DNA from: a virus
Lineage: Duplodnaviria; Caudoviricetes
IMG/VR virus record: IMGVR_UViG_3300023275_000006
Location: 1-41,783 of that record
Strand: one strand, 5' to 3'
DNA: 41,783 bases
Of this stretch, positions 7,537-16,267 are shown in pieces. The position numbers and the translations under genes were made by a program. The notes beneath the pieces were generated by a model, which saw nothing but the letters and a program-made list of their open reading frames with translations, ran no database searches and was not told the origin of the DNA. Numbering within the stretch: the stretch's first letter is position 1; each line of letters begins with the position of its first letter.

Positions 7537-8157
7537 ATGCCCATACCCGTTGGAAGTACAGCATTTCCGCCGCCCTTGCCGGTGAGTCCTAATAAAGTCT
7601 CCACGGTATTAATGTCAGCGCCCGTTGATCCCGGTGACATTCTTGTTGTGCAATCAGCAACGATGCAGGCTAATACTCCGGTGTTGGCACTACGGGTTGC
7701 AAAACTAGACTCGGCGCAATTCATTGTTGACATGGGAGTGGACCCGCCGACAATTAAGAGTATTGCGCCCGGTGTTACGGCAGCTTGGGCAACATTTACG
7801 CCAACTATTAGTTCAAGTACTGCTGGAGTTACATTTACCCCTAGTTCATTAAATGCTAAATATACCCAATCGGGCAAGATTGTGATGTTCTCAATTGATT
7901 GGCGTGGAACTCTCAGTATTGCAGCTAATGATATCGCATTCACGCCGCCAGTTCTATTAAAAGATCAAGGCGGTATTTTTGGGATGGCGTTGTCTGTATT
8001 TGCTAATGTTGGTGGAACGCCACTAGCTGTTAGTAGTCAATATATTTCAGCTGCTGCTCAAGCAAGTCAAAGATTATTTGCTCAACTTGTAGGTCAGCCA
8101 TTTCCTGCTGGTCCGACAGTAGCATTAAAAATATCTGGAGCTGTTGAAGCGTTTTAG
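7537..8157 (+). CDS. Short fibre/receptor-binding-like protein, paralog 3 (206 aa)
   Basis: Same N-terminal domain; C-terminal WATFTPTI...AKYTQSGKIV...WRGT domain homologous to 6941. Confidence 0.7.
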   Translation: MPIPVGSTAFPPPLPVSPNKVSTVLMSAPVDPGDILVVQSATMQANTPVLALRVAKLDSAQFIVDMGVDPPTIKSIAPGVTAAWATFTPTISSSTAGVTFTPSSLNAKYTQSGKIVMFSIDWRGTLSIAANDIAFTPPVLLKDQGGIFGMALSVFANVGGTPLAVSSQYISAAAQASQRLFAQLVGQPFPAGPTVALKISGAVEAF

Positions 8158-9638
8158 TGGACTACAATTTCAAATTCGCCAATCCACCGCAGCGGGAGTG
8201 CTTTTATAGCACGGCCCGGAATATAGTATTTTCTGGTGGATTCAACAACGGCAAGACATTCATTGCTATTGTTCGTAACCTGGTACTCCATGCAGAGTTT
8301 CCGAATTATAGATCTCTCATGGCACGCCAGACGTTTACTGCATTGAATAAAACAACGATGCAGACGTTCTTTCAAATTGTGCCGCCCGAGATGATCTTAT
8401 CTCACAATGAACAGAAAGGGCACACAGTCTGGAAAAATGGCGGAATTACATTTTGGCTGCATCTTGACAAAGCGGATCAGAATACGTTACGCGGCTTTGA
8501 AATTAATAATTGTACGGTTGACCAAGCGGAAGAAATCGAGGAAGGGACGTTCGACATTCTCGACTCGCGTGTTGGGCGATGGTCGGGTGTTGAAGTTCCC
8601 CAAAGGTTACTAAATGCCTTTCCTGAATGGCCTGTCTCTAGATTCACTGGTAGACCATTGGCCCCTAGTTATATGTTATTGTTGTCAAATCCAGATTTAC
8701 CCCACCATTTCATCTATCGTAAGGCACACCCTGATAGTGAAGAACGATTGCAAGGGTGGCACTGGATTCATGGACAATGGGACCCGCAATTAGGAAGTAG
8801 CGAAACATATCTAAAGCTCATAAAGGAAAAAGACCCGGAATGGATATCTCGTTACATTCGTGGTGAGTGGGGATATAGTGATGCAGCAATCCATACAATG
8901 CACCGGGAATCGTTGTTAGAGCCAACAGCAGAACTGTTATCGAAGATAAAAAGTAAGGGCAGTCTGCATCGTATTCTGGATCATGGAGATTCCGCTCCAA
9001 CTTGTTGTTTATGGATGGCTGTTCTGGATGGCAATATCATATTTTACCGCGAATATTATGTACCGGGCCGCCCGATCAGTTATCACAGGAAAGAGATCAC
9101 AGCATTAAGTGAAGGAGAGGAGTATTCAGCTTCTTATGCCGACCCTTCGATCTTTAAGAAAGCCAGCCAAAAAGACGGTGGGTTCTGGAGTGTTGCGGAA
9201 GAATATCAGGACGACGCAATCAATGCCCCCGAGCTTTATTTCCTACCAGCGGATAACAATGAGTTCGCAACTAGGAACCGTATTAACGAAGGGCTGCTCA
9301 TCTCTGAAAGAAACGCTCATCCGGTTACGGGAATCCGACCGGCTCCTGGTATTTACTTCGTTAAGAAAACGCCTGATTATCCCAATGGCTGCTCTCATGC
9401 TTATCAGCAACTTCAGGCACAACGAAAACTCTTACTTAGCACAGTCAACGGGAAGAACTTCTACGCAGATGACCGCGACAAGAATGTAGTTGACCACGCG
9501 TATGATTGCACGAGATATGGTATTGCCATGCACGGATCGAATAGGCCCGTCGAGAAGAAGCGGCCCCCGGTTCGTAGTTTCGCTCGATTTAATCAATTTC
9601 TAGCATTACAGATGTCGAGAGGTCCACAAGTTGGCTGA
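8157..9638 (+). CDS. terL: Terminase large subunit
   Basis: Walker A GGFNNGKT, Walker B VDQAEE, coupling motif SNP, nuclease motifs LDHG, ADPS and DHAYDCTRY. Confidence 0.93.
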   Translation: MDYNFKFANPPQRECFYSTARNIVFSGGFNNGKTFIAIVRNLVLHAEFPNYRSLMARQTFTALNKTTMQTFFQIVPPEMILSHNEQKGHTVWKNGGITFWLHLDKADQNTLRGFEINNCTVDQAEEIEEGTFDILDSRVGRWSGVEVPQRLLNAFPEWPVSRFTGRPLAPSYMLLLSNPDLPHHFIYRKAHPDSEERLQGWHWIHGQWDPQLGSSETYLKLIKEKDPEWISRYIRGEWGYSDAAIHTMHRESLLEPTAELLSKIKSKGSLHRILDHGDSAPTCCLWMAVLDGNIIFYREYYVPGRPISYHRKEITALSEGEEYSASYADPSIFKKASQKDGGFWSVAEEYQDDAINAPELYFLPADNNEFATRNRINEGLLISERNAHPVTGIRPAPGIYFVKKTPDYPNGCSHAYQQLQAQRKLLLSTVNGKNFYADDRDKNVVDHAYDCTRYGIAMHGSNRPVEKKRPPVRSFARFNQFLALQMSRGPQVG

Positions 9639-11511
9639 GAATATTTGGGATCAAAAATTAACGGTGGGCGAGGACGGGAAGCGGATCTGGGAACATGAGT
9701 TCGAGATTCCTAAGATTAACCGTTACTTTGAGGGCAAGCAATGGAAGAATCCTCAGACGCCAGCACCCGTCGAACATCCATATACTCTGAACTTAGTACA
9801 ATCCACGATTCGTATTAAGCTCGCATCATTGTGCTTTCACAATCCTAAATTTATCCTGACCCCTGAACCGGGAATGGCAAATTGGAATCTTGACAGTGCT
9901 GTAAAGATGGCACAGCTTAAGCAAGACGCACTTAATAGCCAAGTGGGAATTAAGAGATTACGTTTTGCAAAACAGATCAAACGGTGCTGTCAAGACAGTT
10001 TTTTCCAGTTCGGAATTATGGAAGTCGGGCACGCAGCGGATTATCGAAATCCTCTTGCTCTGGCGCCATACGGGACCGAACCTAGTGCTTATGGGGAACC
10101 AGCTGAGGGCAAGATCATTGAGCCCGAGGAATTAACAGTAACGGAATCCCTGTATTTCAAGCGTGTCAATCCTACCAGATTCATAACCTGTGTAACTGAT
10201 GAACAGGACCTTGAGGATATTGAATGGTACGGGTATTGTGATTACTATTACACAACACAGCTTGAGAAGGTGGACGGGATTGACAAAGCTAAGATCCGCG
10301 AGGATTCATACTCCGGGTCAGTTTCAGGAAGCAGAGCTATTAGTACCGTAGAATTGACAGACCAGCTACGGGCCATGCTTCGTGAAGGGCAGATAACTAA
10401 GGTTTACCATGTGTTCGATAATGTTGCGAAACAACGACGGCTCCTCAACTCTTGTGGAGATGAATTGTGGGCAGAGCCATTTGAACGAGGATTGCTGGAC
10501 CTTAGATGGATGTTTCGACAAGAAGGGTTTTATCCTATACCACCAGTTTACTCTTGGCTTTCTCCTCAGGATGAAATTAATGAATCTCGCCAGCAGATGC
10601 GGTCATACCGGCGCCGATTTACCAATAAGTACCAAGTATTGAAAAACAAAGTTGACACGGAAGAAATCGACAAATTTACGGCAGGTGGCGAAGGAACTGT
10701 TGTCGTTGTCAAGGAAATTGATGCCCTTCGTGGAATCACAAATCCGAACCAAACACAGCAAACTACAGAAGACTTCGTGGTCAGTAAAGATGATTTCAAC
10801 CAGATGTCTGGAACTTCGGCTGAAGCAAGAGGTGTCGCAGATCAACAAACGGCAACGCAAAGCAAAATCATAGCTATGCGGGCCAACATTATTGAATCCA
10901 GTGAATTATTGGATTTCGGGAACTTCGTTGCGGACTGTGGGCGGTATGCTTTGCTTACTATGCAAGAGAAGTTCGAGGCTCCTATTTGGGTGAAATTAAC
11001 GCAGGACCCACAGGTGCAATCTCAGGTATCACCGCCTGTGCCAGAAGAACAAGTTATGGCCGCGGAATATCAACAAGTCTATGCGGCGCAATTGATGGAC
11101 GGGCACGATTTCAGTATTCGGCTGGATGTAACAGATGCCACGCCCGCAGCATTACAGCAAGATCAACAAGCCTTCCAGCTTTTCAATTCTCTGCTTATAC
11201 AGTTTCCTCATCTTGCAATGGATGGCGACTTAGTAAGAGAGACAGCATTTAAGAGTGGCTACAGGAATGAGAAAGTTATTCAAAAGATGCAGTCAGCTAT
11301 TTTAGCGCAGCAACAAGTTCAACAATTGCTGGAAGAACAGAAAAAGGCGGAAGGTGGAGGCCAAGCCGGTGGAAACACACAACCTCGTCAAAAACAACAA
11401 AATACGTCTAGTGGTGAAAATCCCGCAAACGCAGCAAGAGCACTTGCAGGACAGTTGGCTACTCCCGGCGACCAGCAGATTACCAATCAACTTACTAACC
11501 AAGTACAATGA
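9631..11511 (+). CDS. Portal protein
   Basis: 626 aa directly after terL; Q-D-E-I-N helix, SGTSAEARG and TATQ motifs typical of podovirus portals; Q-rich tail. Confidence 0.8.
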   Translation: MAENIWDQKLTVGEDGKRIWEHEFEIPKINRYFEGKQWKNPQTPAPVEHPYTLNLVQSTIRIKLASLCFHNPKFILTPEPGMANWNLDSAVKMAQLKQDALNSQVGIKRLRFAKQIKRCCQDSFFQFGIMEVGHAADYRNPLALAPYGTEPSAYGEPAEGKIIEPEELTVTESLYFKRVNPTRFITCVTDEQDLEDIEWYGYCDYYYTTQLEKVDGIDKAKIREDSYSGSVSGSRAISTVELTDQLRAMLREGQITKVYHVFDNVAKQRRLLNSCGDELWAEPFERGLLDLRWMFRQEGFYPIPPVYSWLSPQDEINESRQQMRSYRRRFTNKYQVLKNKVDTEEIDKFTAGGEGTVVVVKEIDALRGITNPNQTQQTTEDFVVSKDDFNQMSGTSAEARGVADQQTATQSKIIAMRANIIESSELLDFGNFVADCGRYALLTMQEKFEAPIWVKLTQDPQVQSQVSPPVPEEQVMAAEYQQVYAAQLMDGHDFSIRLDVTDATPAALQQDQQAFQLFNSLLIQFPHLAMDGDLVRETAFKSGYRNEKVIQKMQSAILAQQQVQQLLEEQKKAEGGGQAGGNTQPRQKQQNTSSGENPANAARALAGQLATPGDQQITNQLTNQVQ

Positions 11512-11654
11512 GGCTATTGACCGGCGCAACGAATTAATAAGGACGGGGAGTTACAAAGACGTGAAATATGTTAAACCCCGGCCCGGTTTTCAAGGCTGGC
11601 GTGGTAAGCCATTACAGGCGGAGCGGCCCGAAACAAGATTGTTGAGTGAATGAA

Positions 11655-11792
11655 ATGCCACTGAAATCAGGATCGAGCAAAAAGGTGATTGGCGAGAATA
11701 TCGCTACGGAACGAGACTCAGGAAAGAGGCTAGCTCAGGCTGTAGCTATTGCCATGAGTAAAGCTAAAGCTACGAAAAAGAAAGGTTCTTAA
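11655..11792 (+). CDS. Small basic phage protein (45 aa; MPLKSGSSKKVIGENI...QAVAIAMSKA)
   Basis: Translated manually, below the ORF-track cutoff; matches a recurrent small head-region phage protein pattern. Confidence 0.75.
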   Translation: MPLKSGSSKKVIGENIATERDSGKRLAQAVAIAMSKAKATKKKGS

Positions 11793-11793
11793 T

Positions 11794-12636
11794 ATGTCTG
11801 ACCAAACTGCTATTACAAATTTAGATGATGCTATTTCTCGGGCGGCCGGGAATATGGATTCGGAGGCAGGAGAAGCGCCTGTCACTGACGGCGGGAGTCA
11901 AGTTGATAAAAGTCAATCTGCGGCTCCCGCTGAAAATAAAGAATCCACGCCGCCTCCCGCGCCCGTAGTTGATCCCGTCGAGGCTTTCTTAAAGTCCAAG
12001 GGTATTGACAAAGAGGCATTTGATAACGCTGTCAATCTCTATCAGGCCGTAAATGATGAAAAGCGGGCCGGTGGAGTTATCAAATATCTACAAGAGAACT
12101 GGGAAGCACATCAGGGTCGAAAAGCTGCGGAACCCACAGTTGTTGATCTCGTCAAGGCTGAATTGGGGCCTGAGTTCTCAGATTTCGCGGAGAAGATTGC
12201 GCCCGCAATTGAGCGGATCGTAGATAAGAAAATGCGGCCCGTACAGGCGAGGTTCGCACAGACAGACCAAGCCGCAGCAACGCAATCGAATTTACAAATC
12301 ACACAAGAATTTGCAAAGGAATTCATTGGTGAGGACAACTTACCAGATCACATTGCAGATGAAATGACCCGACTTGTTGCTATTCTGCCCCCTAGTGGAA
12401 AGATCCCAGTTAAGGATTACATTAGATCTATCGGGCAGATGGCATTACAAAATCTCAATATTGCTCCTAAATCAAAACCTTCTTCTACTCCAAGGCCAGC
12501 AGCGCCACCTTCTCCTATTAGCCGTTTGGCTAAATCAGCAGCAAAACCAAGTGAAGGTGTATCTGCTGCACCAAAAGACATTTCCCTTGATGAAGCCATT
12601 AAAATGGCTGATGCTAACATTGCGGGAAAAAGTTAA
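11794..12636 (+). CDS. Capsid scaffolding protein
   Basis: Lies between portal and capsid; acidic/Pro-rich disordered ends with a helical core. Confidence 0.7.
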   Translation: MSDQTAITNLDDAISRAAGNMDSEAGEAPVTDGGSQVDKSQSAAPAENKESTPPPAPVVDPVEAFLKSKGIDKEAFDNAVNLYQAVNDEKRAGGVIKYLQENWEAHQGRKAAEPTVVDLVKAELGPEFSDFAEKIAPAIERIVDKKMRPVQARFAQTDQAAATQSNLQITQEFAKEFIGEDNLPDHIADEMTRLVAILPPSGKIPVKDYIRSIGQMALQNLNIAPKSKPSSTPRPAAPPSPISRLAKSAAKPSEGVSAAPKDISLDEAIKMADANIAGKS

Positions 12637-12662
12637 TTTTAGATAAAGAGAGGGCCTAAATT

Positions 12663-13784
12663 ATGGCTATGGTATTTGGGGACGTAGGGGCACCGAGTCA
12701 GATTACTGTCTACTTGGACTCCTTGTTTTCTCAGTCTCTTAGTTTGTATCGCAAAAAACTAACGGACAACATCGGCGCGATGAATGCTATTCTGTACGAG
12801 ATATTGCATTCGGACGCATATGAATCGGGCGACGGTGGAACTGACATTCGTGAACCTATTATGTACCAGTTGGCTCCGGCTGACTCGTATGATGGGTACG
12901 ACGAATTGTCAACTCTGCCCGTCGATGGAATCACTCAGGCTGTATTTGAGTGGCGTCAGAAGGCATCGCCCATTGTATATGCAATGAGTGATGTGTTGAA
13001 GAATTCTGGACAAGGTCGTCTTATTAACTTTGTCAAGTCCAAGATTCAGCAGACGGAACTCGGCTTGCAAGAATCTTGGGCGCAGGATTTCATGCATGGC
13101 AACCAACCAAATGGGGGCCTGCTTTCTGATCCTCGGCAGTCTGGTGTCAACGGGTCTTTGTCAATCAACCCGATTAGCCAGATCATCAGCTATAATACCA
13201 CGACTCTTTCTGTGGGAAACATCGCTGAGAATCTCTACCCGTGGTGGAAGAACCAGTCATTCACAAGCACGGCTACTACATATTCGAATTACATTTATGA
13301 AATCACGAATATGTATAACACCTGCTCTTTGGGAACGGGCGGGCCTCCAACAGTACTTCTGGCGGATCAAGTAAGCTACCAGAATTACATTCACGCGTAT
13401 TTCTCGCAGTACAAGGCCAATCCCGATGCGCTTGATTTTTCATATCCTTTCGAGGGTAAGAAATTCATGAAAGCAAAGATCATCATGGATGACAAAGTCC
13501 CTGATGTCTTCTCGGGCAAGGCACCTGTAACCATCGGTGGTATCGGCCAGCCGTCTTCGTTAACTTGGGGATCTATCTATGCTGCAAATACCAAGTTCAT
13601 GAAGATTCGTTATATGACGGGCCGTGACTTCGAGATGCTAACTGATGAGCAAGGCAAAACATTCGCCAAGCCTATCAATGGTGACAGCCGTATTGGTCAT
13701 CTGGCATGGATGGGTCAAGTCACAACTAACAATCGCCGCAAACATGGTGTTCTGGGCAAGATCCCACGCACCTTCGCTAGCTAA
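12663..13784 (+). CDS. Major capsid protein (HK97 fold)
   Basis: 373 aa after the scaffold; GGTDIREPIMY, YDGYDEL, A.FEW.Q and TTNNRRKHGVL motifs. Confidence 0.88.
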   Translation: MAMVFGDVGAPSQITVYLDSLFSQSLSLYRKKLTDNIGAMNAILYEILHSDAYESGDGGTDIREPIMYQLAPADSYDGYDELSTLPVDGITQAVFEWRQKASPIVYAMSDVLKNSGQGRLINFVKSKIQQTELGLQESWAQDFMHGNQPNGGLLSDPRQSGVNGSLSINPISQIISYNTTTLSVGNIAENLYPWWKNQSFTSTATTYSNYIYEITNMYNTCSLGTGGPPTVLLADQVSYQNYIHAYFSQYKANPDALDFSYPFEGKKFMKAKIIMDDKVPDVFSGKAPVTIGGIGQPSSLTWGSIYAANTKFMKIRYMTGRDFEMLTDEQGKTFAKPINGDSRIGHLAWMGQVTTNNRRKHGVLGKIPRTFAS

Positions 13785-13816
13785 GAATTCAGGAAAGATA
13801 AGGAGACTAATCAATC

Positions 13817-14323
13817 ATGAATTTCAAACGCGTTGGCGATAAGGCTGAGAAAATCTTCATTCCGGTGAAGAGCGATGAACCGACCGCAACTATGAAGTTG
13901 GGCACGCCTGTTGTGTTCAGCTTTGATGGCACTGACGACGGCGTGGCTGTTGTTCTGCCAAGCACAGCAGTTGCGGCAATGCAAGCAGCGGCGGCAGTTG
14001 GTATTTTGACGCAGGATCTTACTCCCGGTGTAACAGGACAGTGCCAAGTTTATGGGCTGTGCTTGAGCACCAGAATCGTGCGTGTCACTCGGGCGTTGAC
14101 TACTGATCCGTGGCCATCTGCTGCGGCGGTAACTACCAAGGGGCTGCAATTAACGATGGACGTGGCTAATAATGCGTTCATTGTTGGTGCGGCTGCAACG
14201 ACCAAGGTTAGCGTATTGCTAGCACAAAGCATCCCGGCTTATGTTGGCGGGCCTGCTGCGGTTGGTGATACTAGCTTAGTCCTCTATCAACAAGTGAAGT
14301 CATTTGTTAGAATGATGGGCTAA
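13817..14323 (+). CDS. Capsid decoration/cement protein
   Basis: Follows the capsid gene; AVGI...GQCQVYG pattern; strong AAGGAG RBS. Confidence 0.65.
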   Translation: MNFKRVGDKAEKIFIPVKSDEPTATMKLGTPVVFSFDGTDDGVAVVLPSTAVAAMQAAAAVGILTQDLTPGVTGQCQVYGLCLSTRIVRVTRALTTDPWPSAAAVTTKGLQLTMDVANNAFIVGAAATTKVSVLLAQSIPAYVGGPAAVGDTSLVLYQQVKSFVRMMG

Positions 14324-14337
14324 TAAGTTCTTCGATT

Positions 14338-14424
14338 GAGTCGTAGGGCTTTTTTGTCATTTTCTCCCTATGATTCTTGGAGAAGGGGGCCGGTTTTCTT
14401 TCCTGAGTTGGCCGGCCCTTTTAT
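14338..14424 (+). terminator. Tandem hairpins with intrinsic terminator after the head genes
   Basis: GAGTCGTAGGG/CCCTATGATTC stem, then GGGCCGG/CCGGCCC stem followed by TTTTATT. Confidence 0.7.
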
Positions 14425-14450
14425 TAAATTGACTTTCTACTAAAGGAGAC

Positions 14451-14663
14451 TTGCTTATGACTTTGCTTGAACTGCGTAATAAATTGATTATTCTGCCACC
14501 AGAACAACTAGGTGCAGAGCTACAAATGACACTGTATGGCTGGAGTCATGATAGATCAGATATCATGCAAAAGATATTTGTTGTAGATGATATCAGTGTT
14601 TCTACTGACAACAAGGTGGCTGTATTTGTTGGAAGTGAAGAAGTGTCGTCTACGGCAATCTAG
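14451..14663 (+). CDS. Hypothetical protein (70 aa)
   Basis: AAGGAG RBS. Confidence 0.65.
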   Translation: MLMTLLELRNKLIILPPEQLGAELQMTLYGWSHDRSDIMQKIFVVDDISVSTDNKVAVFVGSEEVSSTAI

Positions 14664-14678
14664 ACTTTCGGAGGAAAT

Positions 14679-15332
14679 GTGAATCGCGGGGAGTTAAGAT
14701 CAATAATCAAAGCTACCTTGGCTCTCAAGGGCATCGAAACCGGCTATTATCAAAACTCCGAAATTGATAATCATATCCAAGATGCGTATGATTACACGAT
14801 CGCAAATTCCCTGTGTCACATTAAGTTCTCCCCAAATATCAATTGGCTCAGCTACGAAAACTACTATGATTTTAAGAGTCTCGGGATTCAAGACTATATC
14901 GGAACAGTTGGAATCTTCAACAACAACGATAACCTTTGGCTTAGAGATAACGTGCCCGCAAGACTATTTGACGGACTTAGAATCGACTGGGAACTCTGGA
15001 TCGGGAATCCTCAGTTTTGGTCGCCTCATAGTCTTAGACATATCGCAATTGCACCGAGATTTAATGTCGCGGTTGGAACCCTTAGGTGTCTCTACTACGC
15101 AGAAGCCCCGGCGCTCAATAGTGATTCGGACGGGTTCGTAATTGCACCAGATCAACAGGACTTGCTTGAGTGGCGGGCCTTGGGAACATTACTTGAAGAA
15201 GCCGAGGAATCGCAGAAAGCCTTGACTTACATGAACGATTTCGAGGACAAGTTTGTATTGTTCCAAGATCGTTGCCGGGCATTTGCACGTAGTGACGCTA
15301 TTAAGAGAGTAGGAGAATCAATACCGCGATGA
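14679..15332 (+). CDS. Head-tail adaptor / tail tubular protein A-like
   Basis: Position; N-terminal ELRSIIK...EIDNHIQDAY helix pair; GNPQFW...IAIAP beta segment. Confidence 0.65.
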   Translation: MNRGELRSIIKATLALKGIETGYYQNSEIDNHIQDAYDYTIANSLCHIKFSPNINWLSYENYYDFKSLGIQDYIGTVGIFNNNDNLWLRDNVPARLFDGLRIDWELWIGNPQFWSPHSLRHIAIAPRFNVAVGTLRCLYYAEAPALNSDSDGFVIAPDQQDLLEWRALGTLLEEAEESQKALTYMNDFEDKFVLFQDRCRAFARSDAIKRVGESIPR

Positions 15333-15991
15333 TGAATATTGATTCCGCTGATCTAGAGTTGCTGGTCAATCAAGGGGAGAAGAGCATCTCTGATGAGATC
15401 AACTTCTTGAAAGACAGGTACTCGATTCCAGCAGAGGTGGGTAAAGCTGAGTACTTGTTGCCGGACTATGTGAATAGCATTACGCGCGTAACGTGGCTGG
15501 GATATAAGCTTGACCCAATGCCCAAACGGTACCAGAGTGAGATTTTTCAGGATTCCAAGCAATACGGGAGGCCATACTGGTATATCTATGATACCCTTGG
15601 CATTAGGAAGATTTCCCTTTTCCCTATTCCTAACCAATCATTACCTGTTGTCCCTGATCCTTGGGGCGGGCTTGGTATTGCTCGTGGTGCTATCTGTGAA
15701 TTTTGGAGGATTAGTGATAATGTTAACTTTACGCTCCCTCATTACAGCAGGCGCCAACTTCTTAGGTATTACCTTGCGCAGAAAACGTATCAACGTGAGG
15801 GGCGTGGAAATAAGATGTCCCTTTGGAAATATTACTCTGCACGGTGGGCTATCGAGAAAGCGAGATTTTCAGATTTTCTAGATTCAGTAAACACGAGGCC
15901 GCGCGGAATCGTTGTTCCCCAAGGAAGCTATGGGCGGACACTTCCACATGATCCAATGTTACCAATTGACAGGTTTGGAACAAGTGAGTGA
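15329..15991 (+). CDS. Second adaptor-like protein
   Basis: GKAEYLLPD, GRPYWY...ISLFPIP and LRYYLA motifs typical of podovirus adaptors. Confidence 0.65.
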   Translation: MMNIDSADLELLVNQGEKSISDEINFLKDRYSIPAEVGKAEYLLPDYVNSITRVTWLGYKLDPMPKRYQSEIFQDSKQYGRPYWYIYDTLGIRKISLFPIPNQSLPVVPDPWGGLGIARGAICEFWRISDNVNFTLPHYSRRQLLRYYLAQKTYQREGRGNKMSLWKYYSARWAIEKARFSDFLDSVNTRPRGIVVPQGSYGRTLPHDPMLPIDRFGTSE

Positions 15992-15992
15992 T

Positions 15993-16262
15993 ATGTTATC
16001 ACCTGAAGAAGAACGATATTACCGGAACACTATTAATGATTTCGGCTTGGGACACCCTAAGTATTCGCACACCTATTTTATCATTGCGGCGGGCGGTGAG
16101 TATATTTTGGGCTTACCTTTTACCCCTGTTGGTTACGTTACTGTTCGTATTAACAATGTTGTTCTTTCTCCGTCTAATTATTCTATTACTGGGAGCAATC
16201 TTCAAATCACTCCTGCACTTGTTAACGGAGATGTAGTTATTGTTGTTGGGGAAACAGCTTAG
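15993..16262 (+). CDS. Small beta-rich virion protein (89 aa)
   Basis: V.INNV...NYSITGSNL....L..GDVVIV pattern; ATG just after the previous stop. Confidence 0.6.
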   Translation: MLSPEEERYYRNTINDFGLGHPKYSHTYFIIAAGGEYILGLPFTPVGYVTVRINNVVLSPSNYSITGSNLQITPALVNGDVVIVVGETA

Positions 16263-16267
16263 TTGCG

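Noticed and set aside
4350-8157. Diversity-generating retroelement or invertible tail-fibre cassette
   Set aside because: No reverse transcriptase or recombinase in the window, and no near-identical TR/VR pair or inverted crossover sites noticed.
11354-11653. 99-aa ORF overlapping the portal 3' end
   Set aside because: Mostly an alternate frame of the portal gene. At most a 30-aa GTG-started peptide (11561-11653) is plausible, with too little support to call.
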